This document shows, piece by piece, positions 20,202-29,720 of a stretch of 64,000 nucleotides of DNA. Within the stretch, counting starts at the first letter, position 1; each line of letters begins with the position of its first letter. The stretch spans positions 3,232,001-3,296,000 of the forward strand of contig OZ244999.1 of NCBI GenBank assembly GCA_965223265.1, written 5' to 3'. Origin of the DNA: Planctomycetota bacterium (GTDB lineage: Bacteria > Planctomycetota > UBA8108 > SXIK01). Below the pieces are notes generated by a model. It made no database searches. It had not been told where the DNA came from and saw only the letters and a list, made by a program, of their open reading frames with translations. Position numbers and translations under genes: made by a program.

Positions 20202-21347
20202 TCAGCTCAAGCCGAGCTGATGGTTTGACAGCCGCGTCGCGCCGGATTCGGTGACGAGATAGTCATGTTCAAGTCGAATGCCGCCGGTCGGAGCGCCGTA
20301 AAGGCCTGGCTCGAGTGTGATCACCATGCCCTCGGTGAGAACGGCGTCGCTTTGTGGCACCAGCTCTGGCGCTTCCGGATGGCCTAGGCCTATGGCGTGC
20401 CCGGCGTGGTGGACGAGACGGTGGTCGTCGCCCGAGGCACGAAACCACGAGTCAACGGCATTGAACAGCTGCCGTACGGGCAGGCCCGGAGCGATCATTC
20501 TTTCAGCGCGTTCGAGCCCTTGGTGGACGATCGAATAGAGATCCTCCTGTTCACTCGTCGCCTTACCGCCGACCACCAGGGTGTTCGTTATGTCACCGCG
20601 GTATCCGTTGACATACGGAAAGATGTCGAGGATCACAAGCTCACCCGCCTGCATGGTTCGAAGGGTCGGCTCGCCGCCTCCTGTTGCTGCTCGCGGTCCG
20701 GACGCAAGGTCGCACATCATGACGAACGGCATCTCGGCGGCCACCGTCGCTTGCGCGACAAGTTGGCTGTAATATTCAATTTCAGTCATGCCGGGTTCCA
20801 GCAGCTGCCGCGACGCCGCGTGGACTGCCTCGGCGGTACGGATGCCGCGGCGGATGCATTCGAGCTCGTCTGGATCTTTTCGCTGACGTAGCCGACGCAG
20901 CTCGGGATCGATGTCGACGACGGAACCGACGACGTTAGCGATCGGCGCAGGGAGCTGAGAGATTTCGGCGCCGAGGCGATCGATGCGAAGCTTTTGAAGC
21001 CGTTCGATGACCGCCTCCACGACGACGGCGGCGCGGTTCTTCGCGGGCGTCTCACAGTCATACCAGTTGACCGTCACGACTTCATCGACGGCCGCGTTAG
21101 CCGCGGAGTCCAGCCAGTTGTCGACGAACAGCGTCGATCGAGAATCTTTTTCCAACAGGAGAAAGCTTGAACTGTTGTGATTCAGACTGGGAGGCTGGGC
21201 GAAGAAGCCACTGAGGTAGAGGATGTGCTCCGGTACATGGATCAGCGCCGCATCGACGCTTTGCGCCGGAGCCGCGTTGACGTCCGAGTTGGAGAGGCGG
21301 TGGAGGAGACGCGATTGACGTGAGTTACAGCCTGCCTTCGTGAGCAT
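20202..21347 (-). CDS. M24 Xaa-Pro peptidase family protein
   Basis: YLSGF, RQRKDPDE, GYRGDITNT, HHAGHAIG, EPGLY, GIRLEHD. Confidence 0.9.
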   Translation of the reverse strand: MLTKAGCNSRQSRLLHRLSNSDVNAAPAQSVDAALIHVPEHILYLSGFFAQPPSLNHNSSSFLLLEKDSRSTLFVDNWLDSAANAAVDEVVTVNWYDCETPAKNRAAVVVEAVIERLQKLRIDRLGAEISQLPAPIANVVGSVVDIDPELRRLRQRKDPDELECIRRGIRTAEAVHAASRQLLEPGMTEIEYYSQLVAQATVAAEMPFVMMCDLASGPRAATGGGEPTLRTMQAGELVILDIFPYVNGYRGDITNTLVVGGKATSEQEDLYSIVHQGLERAERMIAPGLPVRQLFNAVDSWFRASGDDHRLVHHAGHAIGLGHPEAPELVPQSDAVLTEGMVITLEPGLYGAPTGGIRLEHDYLVTESGATRLSNHQLGLS

Positions 21348-21527
21348 GGAGAGTCCTTACCGTGGTTTCGCAGAAGGCGCGTCATGCTATCCTTTCGATG
21401 CGAAAAAACGATAGTGAAAAGCGTTGCCGTGGGTTCTTTTTCGACGCACCATTTTCGCTGATCGTCAACGAACGTGAGCTGATCGTGAGCGTGAGCGCCA
21501 GCCGTTAGCGACGGCAGGTTTGAATGT

Positions 21528-21806
21528 ATGATTCAAATCGTCTGGTTACTCTTTGCAGCGCTGTTAGTCTTCCTCGCATGGCTGGCAAGGGATTGGATGC
21601 CGTATCTTGTCGGTGGGGTGTGCGCTGCGAGTCTGATTCTCTGGATCGTTGTGTCATCGCTTTGGCCCTCGAAGCCTGACCGCCATTGTCCTCGCTGTGC
21701 GCGTCAAGGCCTGGTGAAGATCCGTCGCGGCGAACCAGGAGTGAGATGTGAGTACTGCGATTTCCGCGACGATTCGATGCATGTTGCGTACCTCGACGAC
21801 TGGTGA
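21528..21806 (+). CDS. Small 2-TM protein with a C-terminal zinc ribbon
   Basis: Two hydrophobic helices, then CPRC...CEYC. Confidence 0.7.
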   Translation: MIQIVWLLFAALLVFLAWLARDWMPYLVGGVCAASLILWIVVSSLWPSKPDRHCPRCARQGLVKIRRGEPGVRCEYCDFRDDSMHVAYLDDW

Positions 21807-21991
21807 CCTCTGGCGGGAACAGTGATCAGCGGTGCGGCACCGACCCGCTGCGAAGGTCAGGTGCACGGGCGTGTTGACCCTCGCCTCGAACCCTCCGCCA
21901 TTGGTGGCAAACGGACTCACCGACGAACCGGGCTCGACGTGCCGCGATTCTATGGTTGCTGACTCGGCCATTCCGCCTATAATCCGCGGCC

Positions 21992-22483
21992 ATGAGTAAC
22001 GGGTTCCTCGGCTACGACACGACATTCATGGTGGACTTTGTCGTCTGCTCCCTGGCCTTGATTGTGCCGATTCTGGGCTACAGCGTTTTTACCGTGAAAG
22101 TCCAGGGGCAGTTCGTCCGTCATAGGAATTTGCAGATCCTGTTGACGGTCGTCCTGCTACTTGCCGTCGCCGCCTTCGAGATCGATGTGCGACTCCACGG
22201 TGGTTGGGAGAACATCGTCAACAAAGACCCTGCCCAACCGCGGCTTAGCGGTAGCGAACTTGAGAATGTCCGCTTGGTGTTGTACGTACATCTCGTTTTC
22301 GCCATCAGTTCGCCCCTCCTCTGGTTAGCGACGATGGTGCTGGCGCTGCGGCGTTTTCGTTCGCCGCCCGCGCCAGGGCCGCATAGCCGTTTGCACCGGA
22401 GACTCGGTTGGTTGTCGACCGCCGACATCACCCTCACTGCGTTGACGGGGCTCTGGTTCTACTATCTCGCGTTTGTCGCCTAG
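21992..22483 (+). CDS. DUF420-like membrane protein
   Basis: Four TM helices with conserved His residues (RHRNLQ, YVHLVFA, LHRRLG). Confidence 0.75.
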   Translation: MSNGFLGYDTTFMVDFVVCSLALIVPILGYSVFTVKVQGQFVRHRNLQILLTVVLLLAVAAFEIDVRLHGGWENIVNKDPAQPRLSGSELENVRLVLYVHLVFAISSPLLWLATMVLALRRFRSPPAPGPHSRLHRRLGWLSTADITLTALTGLWFYYLAFVA

Positions 22484-22543
22484 CAGCCTGTTGAAAAAGT
22501 GCTTCAGCCGAGAAACTGGCCTCTATGCGCCTGGCTCGACGCG
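22484..22543. repeat. Half copy of MITE family A
   Basis: CTAG then CAGCCTGTTGAAAAAGTGCTTCAGCCGAGAAACTGGCCTC; the TAG is the stop codon of the DUF420-like gene; right end approximate. Confidence 0.7.
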
Positions 22544-22565
22544 AAGTGCCAGACTCGAGGCTCAG

Positions 22566-23441
22566 CTAACGCGTCGCCAGAGATTCGATCCACGTCGCAC
22601 CTGCGATGACGATCTTTTCGAGTGTTGAGAGAGAAGGGCGACGCGTCAGGACGTCAAAGTGGCGGTGTTCGATGTGATCAAGAACACGGGAGTAGAACCG
22701 CTTGAGCAGAACCGGACAATAACGCGACTCCGGCTCGACGAGTTCGAAGAGCGGTGTGGCCTCGAGAAAGAAGTAGCGCGCACGGTCAACTTGAAACCGC
22801 ATCAAGTCTTGAAACCCCTGTGTTGGATTGAGGGCGAACAGATCTCGTTCGTCACAGCCGAATTGACGCATCTCGTCGGCAGGTAGATAAACTCGATTGC
22901 GCTCACAATCCTCGCGGACGTCGCGCAGAATATTGGTCAGCTGCATCGCAATCCCGAGCTGGACTGCAGGTTCGATGGCGCGTGAGTCTCGGTAGCCAAA
23001 GATCTCTATACAGATCAGGCCGACAACGGATGCGGCGCGGTAGCAGTACTCGTAGAGTTCGTCGAAGTCCGCGTATCGGTTTTTGACCAGATCGCTTCTC
23101 ATACCACGGAGAAGCTCGCGAAAAGGTTCGAGTGGTATCTGAAATCGCTCGATCGTATCCTTCAGCGCCGGCGCTAGTGGGTCGTCGACATCGCCAGACG
23201 TCAGGAGGGCTTCGAGTTGGTCAAGACGCCGGCGAGCCTCTGCTTCGTCGAGGTTCTGCTCCTCGACAGCGTCGACGGCGTCGTCCGCTCTGCGACTGAA
23301 AGCGTAGACCGCGAAAATGCTGCGCCGACGCTCCGGTGGCAGAAAGCGAAACGTGTAAAAAAAGTTTCGGGCCGCCGCTCGCGTGACGGTCTCGGCGCGG
23401 CTATACGACTCTTCGACTGAGATCATTGACCGTCCATTCAT
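22566..23441 (-). CDS. Phytoene/squalene synthase family protein (HpnD/CrtB-like)
   Basis: YAFSRRADDAVD, YCYRAASVVG, LGIAMQLTNILRDVRED, RVYLP; start 23441 or 23426. Confidence 0.9.
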   Translation of the reverse strand: MNGRSMISVEESYSRAETVTRAAARNFFYTFRFLPPERRRSIFAVYAFSRRADDAVDAVEEQNLDEAEARRRLDQLEALLTSGDVDDPLAPALKDTIERFQIPLEPFRELLRGMRSDLVKNRYADFDELYEYCYRAASVVGLICIEIFGYRDSRAIEPAVQLGIAMQLTNILRDVREDCERNRVYLPADEMRQFGCDERDLFALNPTQGFQDLMRFQVDRARYFFLEATPLFELVEPESRYCPVLLKRFYSRVLDHIEHRHFDVLTRRPSLSTLEKIVIAGATWIESLATR

Positions 23442-23874
23442 CGTCGTCCGCCGGACGTTTGAGGGCGAGCCTCGCGAGGTGCGGATGGGGCGTTCGTCGA
23501 CGTTGCCACCGACGCTCGATTCCAACTCTTGACGGCTGTGCTACACCCGTCCATTCCGATAATTCTACGCTGCATTCCGAGCTCGTAACCGCCCAACCAC
23601 GCGGTGCTTCTAATGCCTCCTTAGCTTCGCCGTCTATCGTGCGTGCGCTGGCAACCGCACCAGGGAAGACGATACAATAGCGTGCGTACGATTCGATGGC
23701 GACAGGTGAGCGGCGGATGAACCATACATCATCATGTCGGCGATGACGATCTGGTAGCCGCTGAGTCACCCAGCGACTGCGTACTCGACGAGAGGTCGCC
23801 GCGGTGGAGCGTAGCTGACCCGGTTCGCCCAATTTTAATCAGATAAGCACCTAGAGGACTTCATTCAGCCCCTC

Positions 23875-24660
23875 ATGCGCCAGCTCTTATCGACGTTCGG
23901 TGACTTCAGCAGATATTCCCTGCAGATACTCCGCCGAATCTTCGTGCGACGATACTCGATTAACTCGCTGCTGGACCAGATGCATCGGATCGGTGTCGAG
24001 TCGTTGACTGTGGTCAATCTTTGTTCGTTTTTCATTGGGCTGGTTCTTGTCGTCCAGACAGTCGCGCTATTGGCTCGCTTTGGCGCTAGGGAGCAAATCA
24101 CGACCATTCTGACCGCATCGTTCGTGCGCGAAATCGGCCCAGTTTTTTCGGCCATCATGTTTGCCGGACGCATTGGTACTAGTATCGCGGCGGAGATCGG
24201 TTCGATGGTCGTCTCCGAGCAGGTCGATGCGTACCGCGCGTTCGGCGCCGATCCTCTGACGAAGCTTGCGGTGCCGCGGGTGCTCGGCACGGCTTTGATG
24301 TTGCCGGCCCTTACAATCATCGCGTGTGTCGTTGGTGTCTTTAGCGGCTTTCTCGTCGTCGTTTTTGACATGGGCGTCTCTCGATCGGTGTATGTCACCA
24401 CTGCACTCGAAGCATTGACGCCACTCGATGTCGTTGGTTGCGTGACGAAAGGCGGGACGTTCGGGCTCTTGATCGGGCTGATTGCGACGTATACGGGATT
24501 GCGCACCGAACGTGCAGCGGAAGCTGTTGGCGCGACGACAACGACAACGATGGTCCGCTGCGTTCTCGGAGTTCTGGTCGTTGACCTGTTTCTGACGAAA
24601 CTGTTCCTCACCTTGGGCGATTTTCAGCCCTGGACCCTCTCATTCTCCCATGGCACCTGA
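23875..24660 (+). CDS. mlaE: MlaE-family ABC permease
   Basis: VREIGPV, AGRIGTSIAAEIGSMVVSEQVDA, AVGATTT. Confidence 0.92.
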   Translation: MRQLLSTFGDFSRYSLQILRRIFVRRYSINSLLDQMHRIGVESLTVVNLCSFFIGLVLVVQTVALLARFGAREQITTILTASFVREIGPVFSAIMFAGRIGTSIAAEIGSMVVSEQVDAYRAFGADPLTKLAVPRVLGTALMLPALTIIACVVGVFSGFLVVVFDMGVSRSVYVTTALEALTPLDVVGCVTKGGTFGLLIGLIATYTGLRTERAAEAVGATTTTTMVRCVLGVLVVDLFLTKLFLTLGDFQPWTLSFSHGT

Positions 24661-25501
24661 CGAATCGACACTCGCGGATCCGGATTCGCCGTTCTCCGAG
24701 CCAGAACCTAATGAAGCTGGAGAGATACCGGTGCTCCGCTTGCGTGGTGTCTGCAAGTCATTCGGTGACCATTCCGTGTTGAGCGGCGTAGATCTCGACG
24801 TGCGCGAAGGTGAGTCGGTAGCGATTCTCGGGCGAAGCGGCAGCGGCAAGAGTTGCCTGTTGCGGATCATTCTTGGGCTCATGGAAGTCGATTCCGGAAG
24901 CGTCGAGTTGTGGGGGAGGCCAATGACCGATGCGGCGGAGGAAGAATGGATCCCGCTTCGCCGACGCATGGGAATGGTGTTTCAGTCTGGTGCTCTATTC
25001 GACTCGATGACGGTCTTCGACAACGTCGCCTTCCCCCTGCGCGAGCAGGGCGGATTTGACGAGGACCGAATCGCGGAATTGGCACGCGAGCGGCTTGAGT
25101 GGGTGGAGCTTCCTGACACCGCAGGGTATCTGCCCAGCGAGCTGTCGGGAGGCATGCGACGGCGCGTGGCCTTGGCGCGCACACTAAGCTTCGAGCCCGA
25201 GTTTGTTCTCTTCGACGAGCCGACAACCGGGCTCGATCCGATCACAAGCCGGAAAATTGCCACTCTTATGCGAGATCTGGACAGAAAACTGCGCTCAACG
25301 TCGATTCTGGTCACTCACGATCTTGAATGTGCCCGGATCGTCTCATCGCGCTGGGCCTATCTCTCCGGCGGCAAAGTGCTGGTCACGGGAACGCCCGACG
25401 AATTGGCACGCTGCGAGAGCGAGGAAGTCAAAGAGTTCCTTGGTGACACGATCGGCCCGAAAGTTGCACCTCCGGGAAGTCAAGAGCAGGTTGCACCATG
25501 A
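24650..25501 (+). CDS. mlaF: MlaF-family ABC ATPase
   Basis: GRSGSGKS, FQSGALFDSMTV, LSGGMRRR, DEPTTGLDP. Confidence 0.92.
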   Translation: MAPDESTLADPDSPFSEPEPNEAGEIPVLRLRGVCKSFGDHSVLSGVDLDVREGESVAILGRSGSGKSCLLRIILGLMEVDSGSVELWGRPMTDAAEEEWIPLRRRMGMVFQSGALFDSMTVFDNVAFPLREQGGFDEDRIAELARERLEWVELPDTAGYLPSELSGGMRRRVALARTLSFEPEFVLFDEPTTGLDPITSRKIATLMRDLDRKLRSTSILVTHDLECARIVSSRWAYLSGGKVLVTGTPDELARCESEEVKEFLGDTIGPKVAPPGSQEQVAP

Positions 25502-26817
25502 AGACACAAGTTGCGCGGGATTTCAGCGTCGGATTCGTCCTCTTCATTGCCACCATCATCCTGATGGTCGGGCTGTTTCTCGTGGGCGATGCTGGTGGGC
25601 TATTGACGGACCAGTACAACTATTTCCTCAAGGTGCCTAGTGCCAACGGACTTCAGATTGGCTCGAAGGTCTACCTTTCGGGAGTACCAGCCGGCAAGAT
25701 CAGCGATGTCGATTTTTCGCGCGATCCCAACGACGACAAGGTCCACCTGACGTTAGCGATCCATCGCCGGCATGCTGACCGCATCGGGGTCGACTCGAGG
25801 GGGTGGCTGCAAAGTGAGGGACTGCTCGGCGACACATCGGTGCATGTCAGTTTGCGCGGCGATTCCGAAGTCCTTGAGCCCGGGGAGGAGATCAGATTTG
25901 AGCTGCGTCCGCTGCTCGATGAGCTCGCGGGCGAAGGCGCGACAGAGAGCGCGACGACCTTGCTCAAAACGGTGACCGCCATCTTGAATGAAATCCAGCG
26001 TGGCGAGGGCTCGATCGGCAAGTTTTTCAAAGATCCAGAGCTGTACGACAACGTGAACTCCTTCAGTCGAGCCATGAGCGAGGCGACCGAGGAGATTAAG
26101 TCGGTGAGCAAAGAAGTACGCCACATGCTCGAGGCGATCCGCGACGAGAAGGGAACGCTTGGCCAGCTCGTCTACTCAGAGGAGTACGCGACTCGCTTCA
26201 AGCAGGTCGTTTCTAGTGCGACGTCGCTCATCGCCCACCTCGACGAGATCAGCTCCAAGGTGGAAGCTGGCGAGGGGACTCTTGGCCGATTGGTCGCCGA
26301 TTCGAAGATGCATGATGAATTAACGGACGCGCTTGAAAGTATCTCCAAGACTGCATGGCGTCTTGAGACGATTTTGACTGCCTTGGATGGCGGCACGAGC
26401 GTGATCTCGAAGCTCGTTCACGACGGGGATTTGGGGCTGAAATTCGAAGACTTCCTCGGCACGGTGCAGATGAGCACGCGCTCGTTGGCGAACATTCTGG
26501 AGAAACTCGACCGAGGCGAAGGTTCTGCTGGCATGTTTCTGAACGACCCGTCACTCGCCGCGAGTGTGCGTGACGTCGTACTCGGGGTGCAGGAGCTGGG
26601 TTACTTACAGAACGTGGTGAGAAACGCTGAGTTGAAGGGGCGAGCCATCCGAGTCGCCCGCGACACATTCAGTGCTGCACAGCGAGAGGAACTCGATCGT
26701 CTCCGTGAACGCGATGACGCTCGCCGGGACCGCGGTCAGGAGGCGGAAGACGATGGTGCGGATAGCTTTCGACTGAAGGCCGTGCCAGCAGCTGGGAGTG
26801 ACGAACAGAGGAACTGA
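25498..26817 (+). CDS. mlaD: MCE/MlaD protein with a long repetitive helical domain
   Basis: TM anchor, GLQIGSKVYLSGVPAGKI, EGLLGD; five G[EK]G[ST]-like repeats. Confidence 0.85.
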   Translation: MKTQVARDFSVGFVLFIATIILMVGLFLVGDAGGLLTDQYNYFLKVPSANGLQIGSKVYLSGVPAGKISDVDFSRDPNDDKVHLTLAIHRRHADRIGVDSRGWLQSEGLLGDTSVHVSLRGDSEVLEPGEEIRFELRPLLDELAGEGATESATTLLKTVTAILNEIQRGEGSIGKFFKDPELYDNVNSFSRAMSEATEEIKSVSKEVRHMLEAIRDEKGTLGQLVYSEEYATRFKQVVSSATSLIAHLDEISSKVEAGEGTLGRLVADSKMHDELTDALESISKTAWRLETILTALDGGTSVISKLVHDGDLGLKFEDFLGTVQMSTRSLANILEKLDRGEGSAGMFLNDPSLAASVRDVVLGVQELGYLQNVVRNAELKGRAIRVARDTFSAAQREELDRLRERDDARRDRGQEAEDDGADSFRLKAVPAAGSDEQRN

Positions 26818-26819
26818 AC

Positions 26820-27473
26820 GTGGCGGCGAACAAAGGTGCGGTCGTAAGACTCTGCCGGATTGGGGTTGTGAGTCTGTTGGTGTGGATGTGTGCCGGCGTC
26901 TGCGGATGCTCTCTCTTCACCGCGCCGCGGCGCGACTACACGACCAACGATCGCCTCTTGACGAGTCTGGCGGATGCTAGTGGCTACAGGGTCGCGGATG
27001 AGGAGTTCGAGCTCGTCGAGATCGACCTTCGTGACGACGTCATCACATACCAGTACCGCGGTGTCGAATACGCTGGCGACCAAGCTTGGGTCATTCGGTT
27101 TTCTGAGAAATCCACCGAGCAGAACCCTGCGGCTCTGTCCGATATCGATTCCTTGACGAGCGTTCTTCGCGAGGGGCGGAGGCGATTTGAGATCGTCTCG
27201 GAGGGTACGGTCACTCGTGGAGCGGGTGATGTAGTCAGTTTCGTCGCCTACCGCTTTGATTCCACCGTTCAGAGCAACAGCGGCGTGCCATTTGAAGGCA
27301 GAGGGGTCGTTGCGGTGCTGAGCCAATCCGTCGGCGACCTGCGTCTGATCTATCAGATCAAACTCGACAACTATGGCGACCGAACCGATCTCGCGATTGG
27401 AGATCTCGACGCGTTTCTGCAGCCGCTTGGGCTCGCCCGCATTTCTCACAAGATTCCTACTGCGGCACCGTAA
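26820..27473 (+). CDS. Putative lipoprotein
   Basis: Lipobox-like VCGC after a hydrophobic stretch; coupled to the mla operon; 3' end runs into a palindromic element. Confidence 0.6.
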   Translation: MAANKGAVVRLCRIGVVSLLVWMCAGVCGCSLFTAPRRDYTTNDRLLTSLADASGYRVADEEFELVEIDLRDDVITYQYRGVEYAGDQAWVIRFSEKSTEQNPAALSDIDSLTSVLREGRRRFEIVSEGTVTRGAGDVVSFVAYRFDSTVQSNSGVPFEGRGVVAVLSQSVGDLRLIYQIKLDNYGDRTDLAIGDLDAFLQPLGLARISHKIPTAAP

Positions 27474-27611
27474 GTCGCGTCGTGGACTGCGTCAGGCTTC
27501 ACGATTCGATCCTCAATGTGTTGGAAACACGCCTCCGGTCGAATCGCAAAACCTTCCTTGCCACGACGCGACTTACGGCACCTCGCTACGAAATCTTGTG
27601 AGAAATGCGGG
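27436..27611. mobile_element. MITE-like palindromic element, family B (176 bp)
   Basis: Perfect 20-bp terminal IR CCCGCATTTCTCACAAGATT; perfect inner 18-bp IR (27468-27485 / 27561-27578); CTCG direct repeat on both sides. Confidence 0.85.
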
Positions 27612-27824
27612 CTCGCCGCGCGCTGAGAGTTGCGGTCAGCCTTCACGGTTGACGGGCCGCTCGAGGAGATGTTACGGTCCCGGGCAAGTGCGGGCCTCAG
27701 TCGTCTTCGTTGGGCGCGACTTCGTTACACGACGGCGTGGGTTTCGTGTGGATCACTGCCCTCGAAACGAGACATTCTCGAGGCGCAGAACGTTCGGATC
27801 GAGAGGAGAGGTGAGAAGGAGAAG

Positions 27825-29351
27825 ATGGAGAGAAGCGCGGCGCTGTCGTTCGGTCGAGCGGCTCGGTTTTTCGTGGCAGCGATCGCCCTATGTCTGGTCT
27901 CGACGACCGCATGGGGCTCTACCCAACTGGGCCGTCGAGTTGAAAAGATTCTTCGTGATTATGGGTTTCCGCAAAAGTCCATCGGCCTTGAGTTCTTGGA
28001 TGAGAAAGGCCGCTCCCTCGTTGCCATCAACGCGGAATCACCACGCAAACCTGCGAGCAATCTGAAGGTTCTTACGACTGCCGCAGCGCTGTCGATCCTT
28101 GGTGCCGAGTACCAATTTGAAACGAGACTCTTAGCCAGCATGGCGCCAGAGGCGGGAGTCATCCGCGGCGATTTGATCCTGCGCGGCACCGGGGATCCGA
28201 ATATCTCGGGGCGATTCTACAATGATGACCCCACCCGGCTGATCGAAGACTGGGCTGCGGGACTGGTGCAAAAGCTCGGGCTACGACACGTTACTGGATC
28301 CGTTGTCGCTGACGATTCATTCTTCGACGACGTTAGATTCTTGCCCACATGGGACCCGGCGCAAGCGGGACGCTGGTACAGCGCACAAGTGAGCCCGCTC
28401 TCCTTCAACGATAATTGTGTCGACGTTCGCATCGAGCCGGCGACGCGTGTAGGCGCCGCAGCTCATGTCAGAATCTTGCCGCAGTCGCGCTATTTTTCGA
28501 TCCACGGGAATCTCCGGACCGTCGCCGGGCGCAAGCGAAAGGTCCAGATTCATCGAAGACCAGGAACGAACGTCATTCGTCTAAGCGGTGAAATTGGCTA
28601 TCGCGGCAACAAGAATTTTTACGATCACGTGACCGTCGACGATCCTTCGCTCTTTCTCGCCACGGTTGTCAAGGAGGCGCTCGAGAGGCGAGGCGTGCGC
28701 ATCGACGGAGCCGTGAAGCGGGTTGCGCCCGAGGAGTACTACTACGACGAAAAGACGCGTCGAAAGGGCGACGGTGTGAAGGCCAAGGAATCTGTCTTGG
28801 TCTACCATAGGTCAACGCTCGCGCAAGATTTGCCGGTGATCAACAAGCCGAGCCAAAACCTGCATGCTGAGATGCTGTTGAAGACGCTTGGGGCACGTGT
28901 CTTCGGGCGCGGTACGACCGAGGACGGCGCCGCCGCGGTGCGAAAGTTCCTGAAGGACAAGCGGATTCCCGCTCCAGGCATTCAGCTGCATGACGGTTCC
29001 GGCTTGTCGCATGAGAATCGAATCGCGGCGTCGACGCTCGTGCGAACGTTGCATAGTGCACGCGGCGAGCCCTACTTCAAACGCTTCTACGATTCCTTGG
29101 CCGTGGCGGGAGTCGACGGCACGCTGAAGAAGAGATTTCGCCGGCAGCGGCGGTTGCACGGGCAGGTGCACGCGAAGACAGGTGCGATTCGGGGCGTCTC
29201 GGCTCTGTCTGGTTTTGTGCGACGTGGCCCGCTCGTGTGGTCGTTTTCCATCCTCGTCGGTGCTGGGTCGCCGAAATCGAAGTCGCCGCGAGAGCTTCAG
29301 GAAGCGCTCGTCGCCGCGATGTTCGAAGCGATGCCGACCGTCGCGCCATGA
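27825..29351 (+). CDS. dacB: D-alanyl-D-alanine carboxypeptidase/endopeptidase (PBP4, peptidase S13)
   Basis: SxxK (PASNLK), GTGDP, SxN (SQNLHAE), DGSGLS, KTG; signal peptide after ATG 27825. Confidence 0.92.
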   Translation: MERSAALSFGRAARFFVAAIALCLVSTTAWGSTQLGRRVEKILRDYGFPQKSIGLEFLDEKGRSLVAINAESPRKPASNLKVLTTAAALSILGAEYQFETRLLASMAPEAGVIRGDLILRGTGDPNISGRFYNDDPTRLIEDWAAGLVQKLGLRHVTGSVVADDSFFDDVRFLPTWDPAQAGRWYSAQVSPLSFNDNCVDVRIEPATRVGAAAHVRILPQSRYFSIHGNLRTVAGRKRKVQIHRRPGTNVIRLSGEIGYRGNKNFYDHVTVDDPSLFLATVVKEALERRGVRIDGAVKRVAPEEYYYDEKTRRKGDGVKAKESVLVYHRSTLAQDLPVINKPSQNLHAEMLLKTLGARVFGRGTTEDGAAAVRKFLKDKRIPAPGIQLHDGSGLSHENRIAASTLVRTLHSARGEPYFKRFYDSLAVAGVDGTLKKRFRRQRRLHGQVHAKTGAIRGVSALSGFVRRGPLVWSFSILVGAGSPKSKSPRELQEALVAAMFEAMPTVAP

Positions 29352-29362
29352 AGCCGATTGGC

Positions 29363-29481
29363 GCCGACCGGGAACCGAGTGGCCGCACGCTCGATGACCC
29401 TCTGAGGGACGGTGGCAGGCGGTTTACCCTGAAGGGGACAAGGATTGCTCGAACGGAACGTTCCGCCGCGGGTCGGTCGGC
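29363..29481 (+). ncRNA. Candidate structured non-coding RNA (long irregular hairpin)
   Basis: GCCGACCG/CGGTCGGC closing stem with further internal complementarity; followed by an intrinsic terminator; family not established. Confidence 0.3.
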
Positions 29482-29486
29482 TGTCG

Positions 29487-29509
29487 ACCGCCCGCTTGGG
29501 CGGTTTTTT
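29487..29509 (+). terminator. Rho-independent terminator
   Basis: ACCGCCC-GCTT-GGGCGGT stem-loop followed by a T run. Confidence 0.85.
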
Positions 29510-29720
29510 CTGCTTTGAGCCACCGCGGTGCGTGTTAACATGGCTTTACAAACTGCACCAATCATCTAGCTGCGCTTTACATTCGCGCGGCACCAGCGCT
29601 TCAGCCCGTAAGTCATAGTAGCAGAATTCTTTAACGAAAAGCTTCATGGGTGATGCGCCTCGCGTCGGTGACGCGTCGGTGACGCGTCAGAGCACAGCGC
29701 CAGGTTGCGCTCAGTGGGGA

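Noticed and set aside
14209-23441. Carotenoid/hopanoid cluster from the desaturase-like and synthase genes
   Set aside because: The genes are about 6.7 kb apart with unrelated genes between them, and the oxidoreductase looks PYROXD2-like rather than CrtI or HpnE
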